A stretch of 64,000 nucleotides of DNA from Cyanophora paradoxa CCMP329 (lineage: Eukaryota; Plantae; Glaucophyta): assembly GCA_004431415.1 (NCBI GenBank), contig QPMI01000064.1, positions 1-64,000 of the forward strand. The letters are read 5' to 3'. Within the stretch, counting starts at the first letter, position 1. Every line of letters begins with the position of its first letter. Both the position numbers and the translations under genes were made by a program. Positions 1-9,926 of this stretch are shown here, in pieces. The notes under the pieces were generated by a model. The model saw nothing but the letters and a program-made list of their open reading frames with translations. It had not been told where the DNA came from and ran no database searches.

Positions 1-1819
1 GAAGCCTGGGGGCGGGGCAGGTGGGCCGGCGCCGAAGTTGGGTACGGCGAAGGAAACGGGGTAGAGGGGCGCACGGGCGACGAGGGCGGCGAGGGCAGCC
101 GCCGGGGCAGTGCCTACGATGAGAGGCAGCCGGGCGCTGGCGGCGCCGGCGACGGCCGCGGCGGCCGCGCAGCCGCTGGCGGGTGGGCGGCGTCAAAGCG
201 TTGGGGGAGGAGCGGAGGGGGCCCGGGGGGGGGGGGGGGGGGGGGGGGGGCGGGAAGAGGGTACCTGGCCCACACGACGGCGGCGTCAGCGGCAGCGGAA
301 GCCGCGTTGGCCCAGGAGCGCTGGTCTGCGGTCCGCGAGTGAGACTCGAGGGGCGCCGCGGGGGCCCTTGGGGCGCACGGGGCAGCCCGAGGGCAGCCAG
401 AGCGCAGCTGAAGAGCGCAGGGCAGGCCTGCAGGACCGCTCCGGCCTGCCGGGCCAGGTTCGGTGGAGGGGAGGGGAGGGGAGGGGCGAGAAGCGGCGGG
501 GAGGGGTACGCACCAGTGGCTGGGCCCGGAGGACGACGTGCACGAGGGGTATGCTGCGGGGACGGTGGGTCGGCGGGGGAGGAGAGGGGTACGCGGGAGG
601 CGGGGGAGGGTACATGGATCGGGCAACCGCGGAGCAGGCGGGCAGGGAAGGCCGGTCGCTGCTGAATGGGAGGGTACCCCTGGGGTTGTAGTCCGCGCGC
701 CCTGGGGTACACGCTCGAAACGGAGGGGGGCACGCGAGGGCGCGAGGGGGGTACCGAGGGCCTCGGACGCGGCCAATAGGGCGAAGCAGGCGAGACCGAC
801 GGCGGCTCCGGCGGCGTAGAGGGGACGGGGCCGGGCCCAGGGCGGGTCGAAGTGCAGGGTACCCAGGAAGGCGAGGAGGAGGAAGGGGTACAGCGCCGCC
901 GCGAGGAAGCCGAGAATGCGGCGGGTGAGGGGGAGGCGCCGGGGGTACAGCAGCGCGAGGGGGGGCGCGGCGAGGGTCCGGAGGAGGAGGGCGCAGAGCG
1001 CGGCCCAGAAGGCGGTGGCGGTCGGCACCCGCCTCGTCTGTCGTTCCGTCAGCTCCGACGCAGGCCGAGCGCGGGGAGGGGTACCTCGGCGTCCGCCCCG
1101 TGGAATGAGAGGGGGTACGGAGGCGCCCAGGATTCGCCGTAGAGGGGGTACGACACGATCACGAGCAGCTCTGCGAGGCGGCCGGCGGCCGGCGCGTCAG
1201 GAAAGATGCGGGGAATGAGCTGGCGGCCGGCTGGGTGGCCGGGCGGGCGCACGGAGGGCTTGGCAGGCGAGCGCCGCCGCGGCTTCCGCGGTGCTCGGGA
1301 GGCGAGCGTCCCATGCGGTGGCGCGCAGGAGGCTGCGGCGCGGGCCCCGGTCCCGCGTCAGCGAACGGCGGGTGCAGCGGGGCCGGCCGGCGCACCGCAA
1401 GAGGGGCCGGCGGCCTCGTCCGAGGCGGCGCGGGCGCGGGCGCGCCTGCGGGCGGCGTCAGCGGGCGCCGCGGGCGCTCGGACCGATGCGGGCAGGCACC
1501 AGGAGGCATCCGGGCGGCCCTCGTCGCCCGTCCCTTCGCCGCCGCCGCCGCCGCCGTCGCTATCCGCTCGCGCCGCATCCTCGAGAGGCGAGCGCCGCCT
1601 GCGCCCGCGGAGGGGCGCGTACGGGTCCAAAACCTCAACGAGACCATTCTCTTCGCCCGCAGCGCGGGCCGAGGAATTCGAAGACGCGAGGCCGAGGCCG
1701 GCGGCAATCGCGGAACACGAAAAGGCGGAAGCTCCTCCGGTCGAAGCGCGGCCGGCGCGACGCAGCGCCGTCACTGGCTGCTGCTGCTGACCCGCGACAG
1801 CTTTTCCCGCGCCGTCCAT
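1..1819 (-). CDS. Hypothetical multi-exon membrane protein (3' end runs off the window; start uncertain)
   Basis: Minus-strand exons read ELLVIVSYPLYGESWAPPYPLSFHGADAE | TRRVPTATAFWAALCALLLRTLAAPPLALLYP...ILGFLAAALYPFLLLAFLGTLHF...AVGLACFALLAASEAL, with several hydrophobic segments and GT...CAG introns. No family recognised. Confidence 0.4.
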
Positions 1820-2282
1820 CGCCCGCGCCGAGCACGCCGCCGACGCCAACCGCTCCCGCCAGCCACGGCGCGGTGATCGCTGCCAGCGTCGAGCGTCACC
1901 TCGCCAAGTCGAGCGCTACTGCAGCGGCATGCAGCCGCGCGCTTCTCGACGGTGGCTGCATGCGCGTGCGAGAAGAAATAGTGACCCCCGCAGATCGAAT
2001 GGCTCAGACTCGCGGAGTCTTGTGACGCGTACCCCCCCCCCGTAAGAGCAGTGACTTCGATCATGATCAGCAATCTCCTAGTCGAGGTCTCCCCGAGCGG
2101 TCTCTTGAGCGCGAGATGCTACAGATGATCATGACACACCGCGCGCGTCTCGTGCCGCCAGCCGAGGTGGCTCTTAAAGGCGTACCCCTTTCCCTGGTCA
2201 TCTTCGAGCGTTACCGTGGCTCCTGGCGGCCTTCGCGGGTAGCAAGGAAGGCGAGCGTTAGCTTTCGCATCGTCGACCGAGC

Positions 2283-5200
2283 ATGTCGAACGCGAAGTTC
2301 AAGGCTGCGGCCGCCCAAGTGGCGGCCGCGGCCAAGGTCGACGTCGCGGATGTGGTGCTGGCAGCGGCGAATCGGGACCCCAACCTGCACCCGGGCACCG
2401 ACAAGGAGTGGGTCGCACCCGACGGGACCAAGACCGGCATCTTCATCCGCGTGCGCCGCGCCGGCGCCCCCCGCGGCCGACATCAGCGCTAGCTAGCGTC
2501 GACTCTAGCTTGTACTGATAGCTATAGTGCTGACGCGGCTCTGCGGGCGCGGCCTGGGGCGTCGCAAGAGCAGGATCCAGGAAACACAGTGTCGCCGGTG
2601 TTTGTGTCGCACGTCGAGCACTATCTCAAGCAGCTTTGGAACAACATGGTCGGCAACAAGCTCATCAAGACTATTGCCGTGCGCGGCCTTCCAGGCTTAA
2701 GCTTACGCTTCACAGCGCCATTGCCACTTTACAGCGCCGCTCACAGCGCCTCATGGTGCGCAGACGACCAATTCGCCCTTGGCTCAAACGAAAGGCTACA
2801 AGGTCAGGCGGCGCCTTTCGATTTCCCGCCTGGCCGTAATCACTCTAGATCATCATTTGGCGCAGATGATCATCGTGCGGCCCAGCATCATGGCCATCAA
2901 GGGAACCCTGGACCAGCACAGCAAGGCTGACTGGAAGTGCGTTCGCGGCCGCGGCCGCGGCCGGCCTAGGCCTGCCCGCCGGCGCCGGCGCCCTGGGCTG
3001 ATCATGAGCGCCGCCCCGCAGACCCGTGCTGGATGTGGCAGAGGCGATCAAGAACATGCCGGCCACGACTGCGGGCGCAGATCTCCAGCGAGCGAAGGAC
3101 ACCCTGCTCAGCGCCTGGAACGGCGTCATGGACAAGTGAGCGCGGTCCCTCTAGAGATCTCAACCGCCGCTCGCCACCAATGACGCGCGCCCGCGCCCGC
3201 TCTCAGGTATGCGGACTGCAGGGGAGACGCGAATTTAACCGCTTCTAAGAACCTGAAACCTGAATCCAAGTGCCTCATTCCGGTGCGTCCCGCGAGATTC
3301 GCGCCAGTGACGCCCCCCCCCCCCCCCCCCTCCCCCCCCCTCCCCCGCCCCGGCACGCCCTCCCCTCCACCCCTGCGGCTCGCTCTGACAGCGCCTGTTG
3401 CGAGCGCAGACGATTCACGACTTCCTGGGCCACCACTCGTCCGATAACATGAGCAAGCTGCAGGCACGCAGCGCCGCCTTATAGTTAGCGTGCACGGGGT
3501 GCCTTAAGCTCGTGCTTATTTCAAGTTCCCCGCGCCAGCACTTTGCGGCTCAGATTCACCGGTTCCTCGACAACACGCCGCAATGTGCGCAGTTTAAAGC
3601 TTTGCGTCAGGCAATCCAATCGTCGCCCACCCTGCTCACTTTCCCCCCCCTCCCCCTCCCCCGTACCCCCCCCTCCTCCTGCATCGGGCTCCCCTCCGGC
3701 CAGTATTTCTCAATATGTGGTCGGAGGGTTCAGCCGTGCGCCGGCGCTGCGCCCCGCCTCCCTTTTCCCGCTGATGCACCTTCGGCGCCCCGTGCCTGCT
3801 GCAGACGCCAATGAATGTCGACGTCGACGCGGCCTCTACCCCCGGCCAGGGCGCTCCCTCCGTCCTGGTCTTCCACGCGGTACCCCTTTCAAGCTTGCGA
3901 GTCCTCCCGTCCGGCGCTGCGCGGCTGACCGCCTCCTCGCCTTCCCCCCCCCCCCCCCCCCTCGCTTCTAGAGCATGTCAGACATGCCCTGGGTTCCCCA
4001 CATGCCCGTGAGTACCGCCTGCAGCCCCTAGGCCTGCTACCTCTGTTATTTCAACCCCCCCCTCCTCCTCCCCCCCCCCATCCGCTGACCTGTGTGACTC
4101 AGAACCCGAACCCGAAAGTGGCTACTCGGGGTCGCTCGAACGACGTGTGGAAGCCCCCCATCTTTGACGAGGACGTTCAAGAGGCCCCGCCGGTGGCCAA
4201 GACCACGTTCCCTGCATACGTACGTCCGCCCCCTCATTCAATTTGCTCTCCCCTCCGGAAAACTCTATATATACATTGATTCTCGTACGCGTCAACCGCA
4301 GCTCGGTCTCGGACACGGTAATGTCCTACCCTCCCCCCCTGACTTCGTCCGGCTCCGGTTTCGTATACGTAGCCTCGCCTTTCTAACTTGACCCTCGCAT
4401 GCCGCAGAGCTTCTTCACGGCCTTCACCGGCTGCAAGGTGGGTCTCCAGATCCCGCCAGCTGCGGCGGCATGCGTCTTACACTCGATGCGCCCTCTGAAC
4501 TCGAATGGGCAGGCATCCAGCCACCGGATCCGCACACAGCGATGAAGGCCACCCACCCTTGGAATTCTGCAATAGGATCCGGTGGGGCTTATAATTACCC
4601 GCCTGCATTTTTCTCGACTTCGGTTTAAATCCTCGCTGCACGGTGTCAGTAATGGACCAAATGAGACACTGCAGCGTGAACCTCAAGACGTTTGAAACCG
4701 GCCTCAGGCTCAGACTCAACGGGGACTGGTTCCCGTTCAGGGTCCGATCCGATGATCGCGTTTCCGCTCATGATCATTCTTTAACATCGCGAGCAGGCGC
4801 TCGAGGAGTGGAAGACTGTGGGCCTCTACCCCAACATCGGCGAGCCAAGCCCGCAAGAGACTGCCCCGGCGTGCTTCGACCGGGGAGTCGTGCGTGCAAA
4901 TTAAAACGCCGCCGCGATCTATCCTTGCGCGCGTCTGGCTCAGGCTCAGAGGCTGCACGGCAGGACACGTGTGCGCTGACGGAAAACAACCTGCGCGCCG
5001 CGCACACGTTTGACACGGGCGAGCGGGTCGATTTCCGCGCCGCCTACACAGGTGCGTTCGCATCCCGGCCGCAGAGTCCGTGTGCATTCGACCCGCGAAT
5101 CCGCTGATCTCGTATTTATGAGCAGGGCTCCCGAACTGCGAGCTGGACTCCGACGTGCTGGAGCTGGATGCGGGCGGGGACGACGTGAGTGATCCCGAGG

Positions 5201-5442
5201 AGGTCGCCGGGGTGACCCCCTACGCAGCAGCGGCCTGCGGCGACGACTGCGGCTGCGGCTGCGGCTGCGGCGGGGCGGCGACGGCGGCCGGCTTCGAGGA
5301 CGGGGCGGGGGAGGCGGTCGAGGAGGGCTCGGCGGGGGCTTCGGCCCTGGATGCCTTCGCGGAGGCCGCGGCCGGCGGGGCGGCCGGGCCGCCCTGGGGC
5401 CTGGAGGGCGATCGCGAGCTCGGGCACGGCGCCCTCCTGTAG
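2283..5442 (+). CDS. M91-family (NleD/XopG/HopH-like) zinc metalloprotease, about 19 exons
   Basis: Spliced translation: MSNAKF...TGIFIR|DPGNTVSPVFVSHVEHYLKQLWNNMVGNKLIKTIA|TTNSPLAQTKGYK|MIIVRP...GQGAPSVLVFHA...TTFPAY|LGLGH-E|LLHGLHRLQ-G...|ALEEWKTVGLYP...|CALTENNLRAAH...RAAYT|acidic tail, TAG at 5440-5442. The order HExxH, then EE..VGL, then TEN..R..H...R..Y matches M91 as I know it. One junction near 4890-4950 is uncertain. Confidence 0.75.
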
Positions 5443-6372
5443 TCCGATATATAGTGTCGTGTCTCGACTGATCCGAATAGGATTCAACAGTAAGAGAACT
5501 TCGGAAACCACAGTATACGTAGGACGCTAGCCTAGTAGCGGACCTAGTCCTAGTCCAGTATACGTACTGAATGAAACCGACTCAATGACTGCAGCCTACC
5601 TGCGCATGCGCATGCGCAAAAAAGTTTTACGCTCCATCAAAATCGGCTGACAGCACAGCCTAATTCAAGCTAACTTTAGTAACTTGTCATCATGAATCTC
5701 TACGTATACACATGCGTTAGCATGCAATCACAATAGATCTTGAGCTACGTAAACGCGAACGAAACTCGTACGTATACACCGTCTACGTATACGTGTACTT
5801 GATCATGAACTGAACGGAGTCGAAACGGAGGCATCTAGATCTGCTGATCATGATCATGGCACTGTTACTAAGCTTAAGCTTACTAAGTTACGGGACGCAA
5901 CAGTCGTCCCCTCCGAGGCTGGGTATAAGTAGACAGTACGGGCCAAGGATACACAATAGTATGAATCGAAAGCTCTTAATTGGAGTGCTGAAAAGTTCTA
6001 CGTAAATTAAATTAGTGACTGTATCATCAAATGGCCATGGGCCGTGGGCGGATAGGCCCCGGGGGCTGCATAACTTCAACTCGAAAGCCCGCCACTGGCC
6101 ACAGAGTGGTACTGGTACAACAGAGCAATACAATAGCACTGCCACGGTAGAAATAATGCATATGAGAATAATGCACGCAGCTGCGATGCAAAGCTTATTA
6201 GAAATCTATAGAAAGAAAGATCTATAGCTAGCTATAGAAATTGAAAGATCTATAGCTAGCTATAGAGCGAAACGAAACGATCGAATTCGAAAGTGGCTGA
6301 GGCGCAAGTAAAATACACGGGGTCCGGTCGGCTGCAGCTGCCCTAAGAGCCCCGGGTTCGAAGTTCGAAGGG

Positions 6373-7572
6373 CTAGTGGCATGCGGTGCACCGGTCGAAG
6401 GAGCGTCGAGGGGGGGCGACCACCGGCTGGCCATGGCCATGGGGGCCGAGGCGCGGCCGCCGGGCTTCGCCGGCCGCGGGCTCTGCGATTCCGGCCGAGC
6501 GCGCGTGCTCGACCGCCACGCGGCGAAGGAACTGGGAGTGTCCGCAGGGGGGCAGGAAGGGGAGGAGGGCGCCGGGAGTCAGCGGCTTCGGCAGGATCCC
6601 GTCGAACAGGGGTACGGCGGAGCCGGGGGCGGGACCCCTGCGGCCCGCGCAGCCGTCCTCGAGGAGCTCCGGGGCCGTCGTCCTGCGGGCAAGGCGGGTG
6701 GGCTCAGGCGGGGCTCACGATCAGGTCACGCGAGAGGAAGATCTAGAAGGGGAAGAGATCTATAGCTAGGGGTCGGATCCGGATCTGAGCGCACCAGGCC
6801 AGGATGAGGGCCCGGCGCACCGGCGCCGGCATGCGCACCGGCGCCGGTTCGAATCCGCGATCGATATCTTCGTCCGCTTGCGCGTGCCTTTGCACCTGCA
6901 ATTGCAGCCGAGCGTGCCTAGCCAGCTCGAGGTCGAGCTGGAGCTCTCGGATGCGCCGCGCGGCTTCTTTCCCGCCCATCCTGGGCATCTCCTGCACGAT
7001 CGTAAGTCCAGCCGCAGGAACCAAGAGCGCGAATCTAGGAACGGGCGCGCGCGGGCGGCCGGGGCCCGGGGGCCCCGGCCCGACCCGCGAGTTCGAATTC
7101 GGACGTGTACGCGTACGCGCACGCACCAGATCCATGATGATCAGATCGAAGGCGGCCTCGCGGCAGGCCTCGAGGGCCTCCAGGCCGTCACGGGCGGTCA
7201 TGATCACCGCCTCGCAGGGCGCGCGCTCGAGCGCGGCCGCCTCATATGCATGGGCAAGCTCGCGCGATCCTCCGCCGCATCTGCAGGCGCAGCCCATGGC
7301 CAGCGCCCGACTCGCCGCTTCGGAGGCGGCCCTCGCACAGACGCGGCGATTCACTGCGTTCGCGCGCGCGCTGAAGGTCAGCGATCAATCGGATTCCGGA
7401 AGCCGTGCCTCCCTAGTAATAATTACTCGAGCTCGCGGCGGCTCACCAGGATCATCGTCGCACACCTGCGACCGCGCTCAAAAATCAGCATGCGCAATTG
7501 CAAGTGAAAACGCAATCGATGATTATGAGAGCGACCATGGCCAGCGCGGCGCATGCGCACCAGGATGCGCAT
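6373..7572 (-). CDS. Stand-alone response regulator (CheY-like receiver domain)
   Basis: Spliced: MRIL|VCDDDP|VNRRV...ARDGLEALEACREAAFDLIIMDL|EMPRMGGKEAARRIRE...ILAW|TTA...FDGILPKPL...stop 6373-6375. The acidic pair, phospho-acceptor Asp, Thr and Lys-Pro are all present. The start could lie further upstream. Confidence 0.8.
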
Positions 7573-8374
7573 TCTCCGGCCTGGGGACCGAAGATTCCGC
7601 GGCCGCGGCCGGGGGTTCCAGGGCCGCGGCCGGGCGGCCCGCAAGCGCCCACGCTCCGAGGCTCGCGGTCGCCGAGTCGCGCGCGCAGAGTGAATGCGGC
7701 TGAGCGCTGAAGTCACCTGCTTCTGCAGATGCTGGCTGGCTGCGCGCGCGCGCCTGGCCGCACGGGCCCGCGGCTCCAGCTGGGCTGAGCTGGAATCTGC
7801 TGCTGGATTCGCGGGCCTTCGCTGCAGCGAGCTGCAGCGAGCTACGATCGCGAGCTTTCAGCTTAAGCGCTTCGATCGATCGCGCGCTACGACTAGCCGC
7901 GTCGCCGCGGCGTCGGCCGAGCTGTATATATCTAGGTGCGCAAGATATCGATATCGATGCGGCCGCGCGCGCGCGCGCGCGCGCGGCTGCACTCTCCGAG
8001 GCTCGCCGAGGCGCGCCGAGCGCATGCTGAATGGCCATTGCAGGCCTCTAGACCTCTGCAGGTCCCCGACGGTCTCTGAGGAGTCTCTGCAGACGTATTA
8101 CGGTACGCGTCGACTGCAGACTTATAATTAGTCTGCAGTGACTCTGCAGTGAAAAGGCAGCTGCTAGCGCTGGGCCAGTGCTGGGCCAGTGGGCCACTGC
8201 TGGGCAGTGCTGGCTGATGAATCAGCCAGGCTAGCGCTGATGAAACCGACGCCGCGGCGACGCGCGCGCGTCCGACCGACTCCGACGATCCTAGGGACCT
8301 AGACTCCTAGGCCTTTCGTCTGGAATTTCGAACTTCGATTAAGGCCCCGCCGCCCCGGCCCGGGGGCCGGGGCT

Positions 8375-8755
8375 TAGGGTTGCGCTTTACTTTTACCGGT
8401 AAACCGAGGTATTACCTTTACTCGGTAATACTCGTACCTTACTCGGACCCCGACCGAGTAATACTCGAGTAAATAAGAGGGGGTACACCGCTGCAGACAC
8501 GTCAGGGGGGAGGGGCAGGCTCTAGCAGCGCGGGGAGCGCAGTTTGGCGCATATAGCGTTGATCAGCTATCGATTCAGAAGCTTTCCAGCCGGGTTGCGC
8601 TGGCTCACGTCGCAGGACATGCCTCCGCCTCAGCTCGAGCTCAGTGGACCGGGGGGGGAGGAGCGGTGTTTACTCGGTAATACTCGGGGTAATACTTTCA
8701 GTACTTTACCCTTACTCGGCCCGGACGGGGTATTACCGGAGTAAGCCCAACCCTA
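8375..8755. mobile_element. Non-autonomous hAT-type element (MITE), 381 bp
   Basis: Ends are TAGGGTTGCGCTTTACT...AGTAAGCCCAACCCTA (imperfect TIR). A perfect 8-bp TSD CCGGGGCT lies at 8367-8374 and 8756-8763. Multiple subterminal TACTCGG/CCGAGTA motifs occur at both ends. Confidence 0.9.
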
Positions 8756-8979
8756 CCGGGGCTCGGGCCGGTCGGGCCGGTCCCCGGGCCCCCGGCCCGG
8801 GGGCTTTTTTCTTTCTTTCCTTTCCATGTTCTTTCCATGGGAATTTATGGCATCGAAACTTCTGCAGCTGATTCGAAAGAAGCTTACTAAGTTAAGCTTA
8901 CTGTAGCTAGTAAGTTAGGTTGACTTCAAGCTTAAGTTCAACGGTTCTAGAACTTGACTAGGCAGTTAAACGTTGGAAC

Positions 8980-9492
8980 CAGTGTTGCTGAAATTTTATT
9001 ATCCCAAAATGCCCTGTAAATTTTCAGTAAACTTTCGAAAACTTTCAGCAAATATTTTCACCCATACAAAGTTTACTTGCACAGCGAAAGTGACACGTTT
9101 CTCTGCAGAGAAGCCTCCAGACACGAGCGATATGCGTTAGCATGTCATCGACAACCTTTGTATTACAAGTGTACGAGGTGCAGATGTATCTTTGCCGTTC
9201 TTTTCACGTTGGGGAGGGGGGTACGGTTCCTGAACTTCGGAAAAATGCAACTCTGGTCTCTTGACACCAGCAGAGACCGCCAGAATGTGTCAAGGCCTCC
9301 ATAGTCTCGTATTTCGACGGATTTGACCCTCGTTTATGGCGTGAAACGCCCCCAGAATGGCCTCTTCAAGGGTACCCCCCTTGCAAATTTATTGAAAGTT
9401 TTCATTGCTCATTTTGGAGGTGAAAATTTACTGAAAATTTACATGAAAATTTTCAAGTTGAAAGTTTGGAAAGTGAAAGTTTAGCATCACTG
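8980..9492. mobile_element. Non-autonomous hAT-type element (MITE), 513 bp, AT-rich
   Basis: Ends are CAGTGTTGCTGA...TTAGCATCACTG (imperfect TIR). A perfect 8-bp TSD GTTGGAAC lies at 8972-8979 and 9493-9500. Subterminal TTTTCA/TGAAAA repeats are in inverted orientation. Confidence 0.9.
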
Positions 9493-9926
9493 GTTGGAAC
9501 TTGGAGCTTGGAGGCTGGAGCCTCCTCAGCCTGGAGCTCGAGGCTTGGAAGTTGGAGCTCGAGCCCAGAAGTTCATCTCGGAGGCTCTAAACGTCACCGT
9601 GGCACGCTTACCAGTGCTACCAGTGCCTACCACGTGGACGGTGGACCGTGTGGTCCCTTCGCGCTCGTCGCCGTACGGTAGCGGCCGCCGGCCGTACTAG
9701 GCTGCCTAGGCACTGCCACACTGCAGCTGGTTGGCATGCGCAGTGGTATGCCCCGGCCCCCGAGGCAATGCGAGACAGTAGTAGCCTTGTAGGCAGTGGT
9801 AGCAGAGACCGCAGCAGACTTGGCTGAGTGGGCAACGTACATAGCAACATAGTTTGAATCAAGTTCCACTCAGTGTGACTATGCAGAGCTGCTAGATGGG
9901 GGCGGGTCGGGGGCCGAGGCTCCCCC

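Noticed and set aside
4510-4840. IQPPD and WKTVGLYP looked like a pogo/Tc1 DDE transposase
   Set aside because: Splicing places them after HELLH, within an M91 protease motif order. No DDE triad or flanking TIRs were found.
8110-8250. CTGATGA...GAAA and short hairpins (8113-8139, about 8210-8229) as a hammerhead ribozyme
   Set aside because: Stems I-III could not be built around the core; these look like simple palindromes.
5876-8894. 15-bp direct repeat AAGCTTACTAAGTTA (5876-5890, 8880-8894) flanking the response regulator, a possible TSD
   Set aside because: Both copies are embedded in simple AAGCTT/ACTAAG repeats common in this DNA. There are no TIRs or poly(A), and the enclosed gene has introns.
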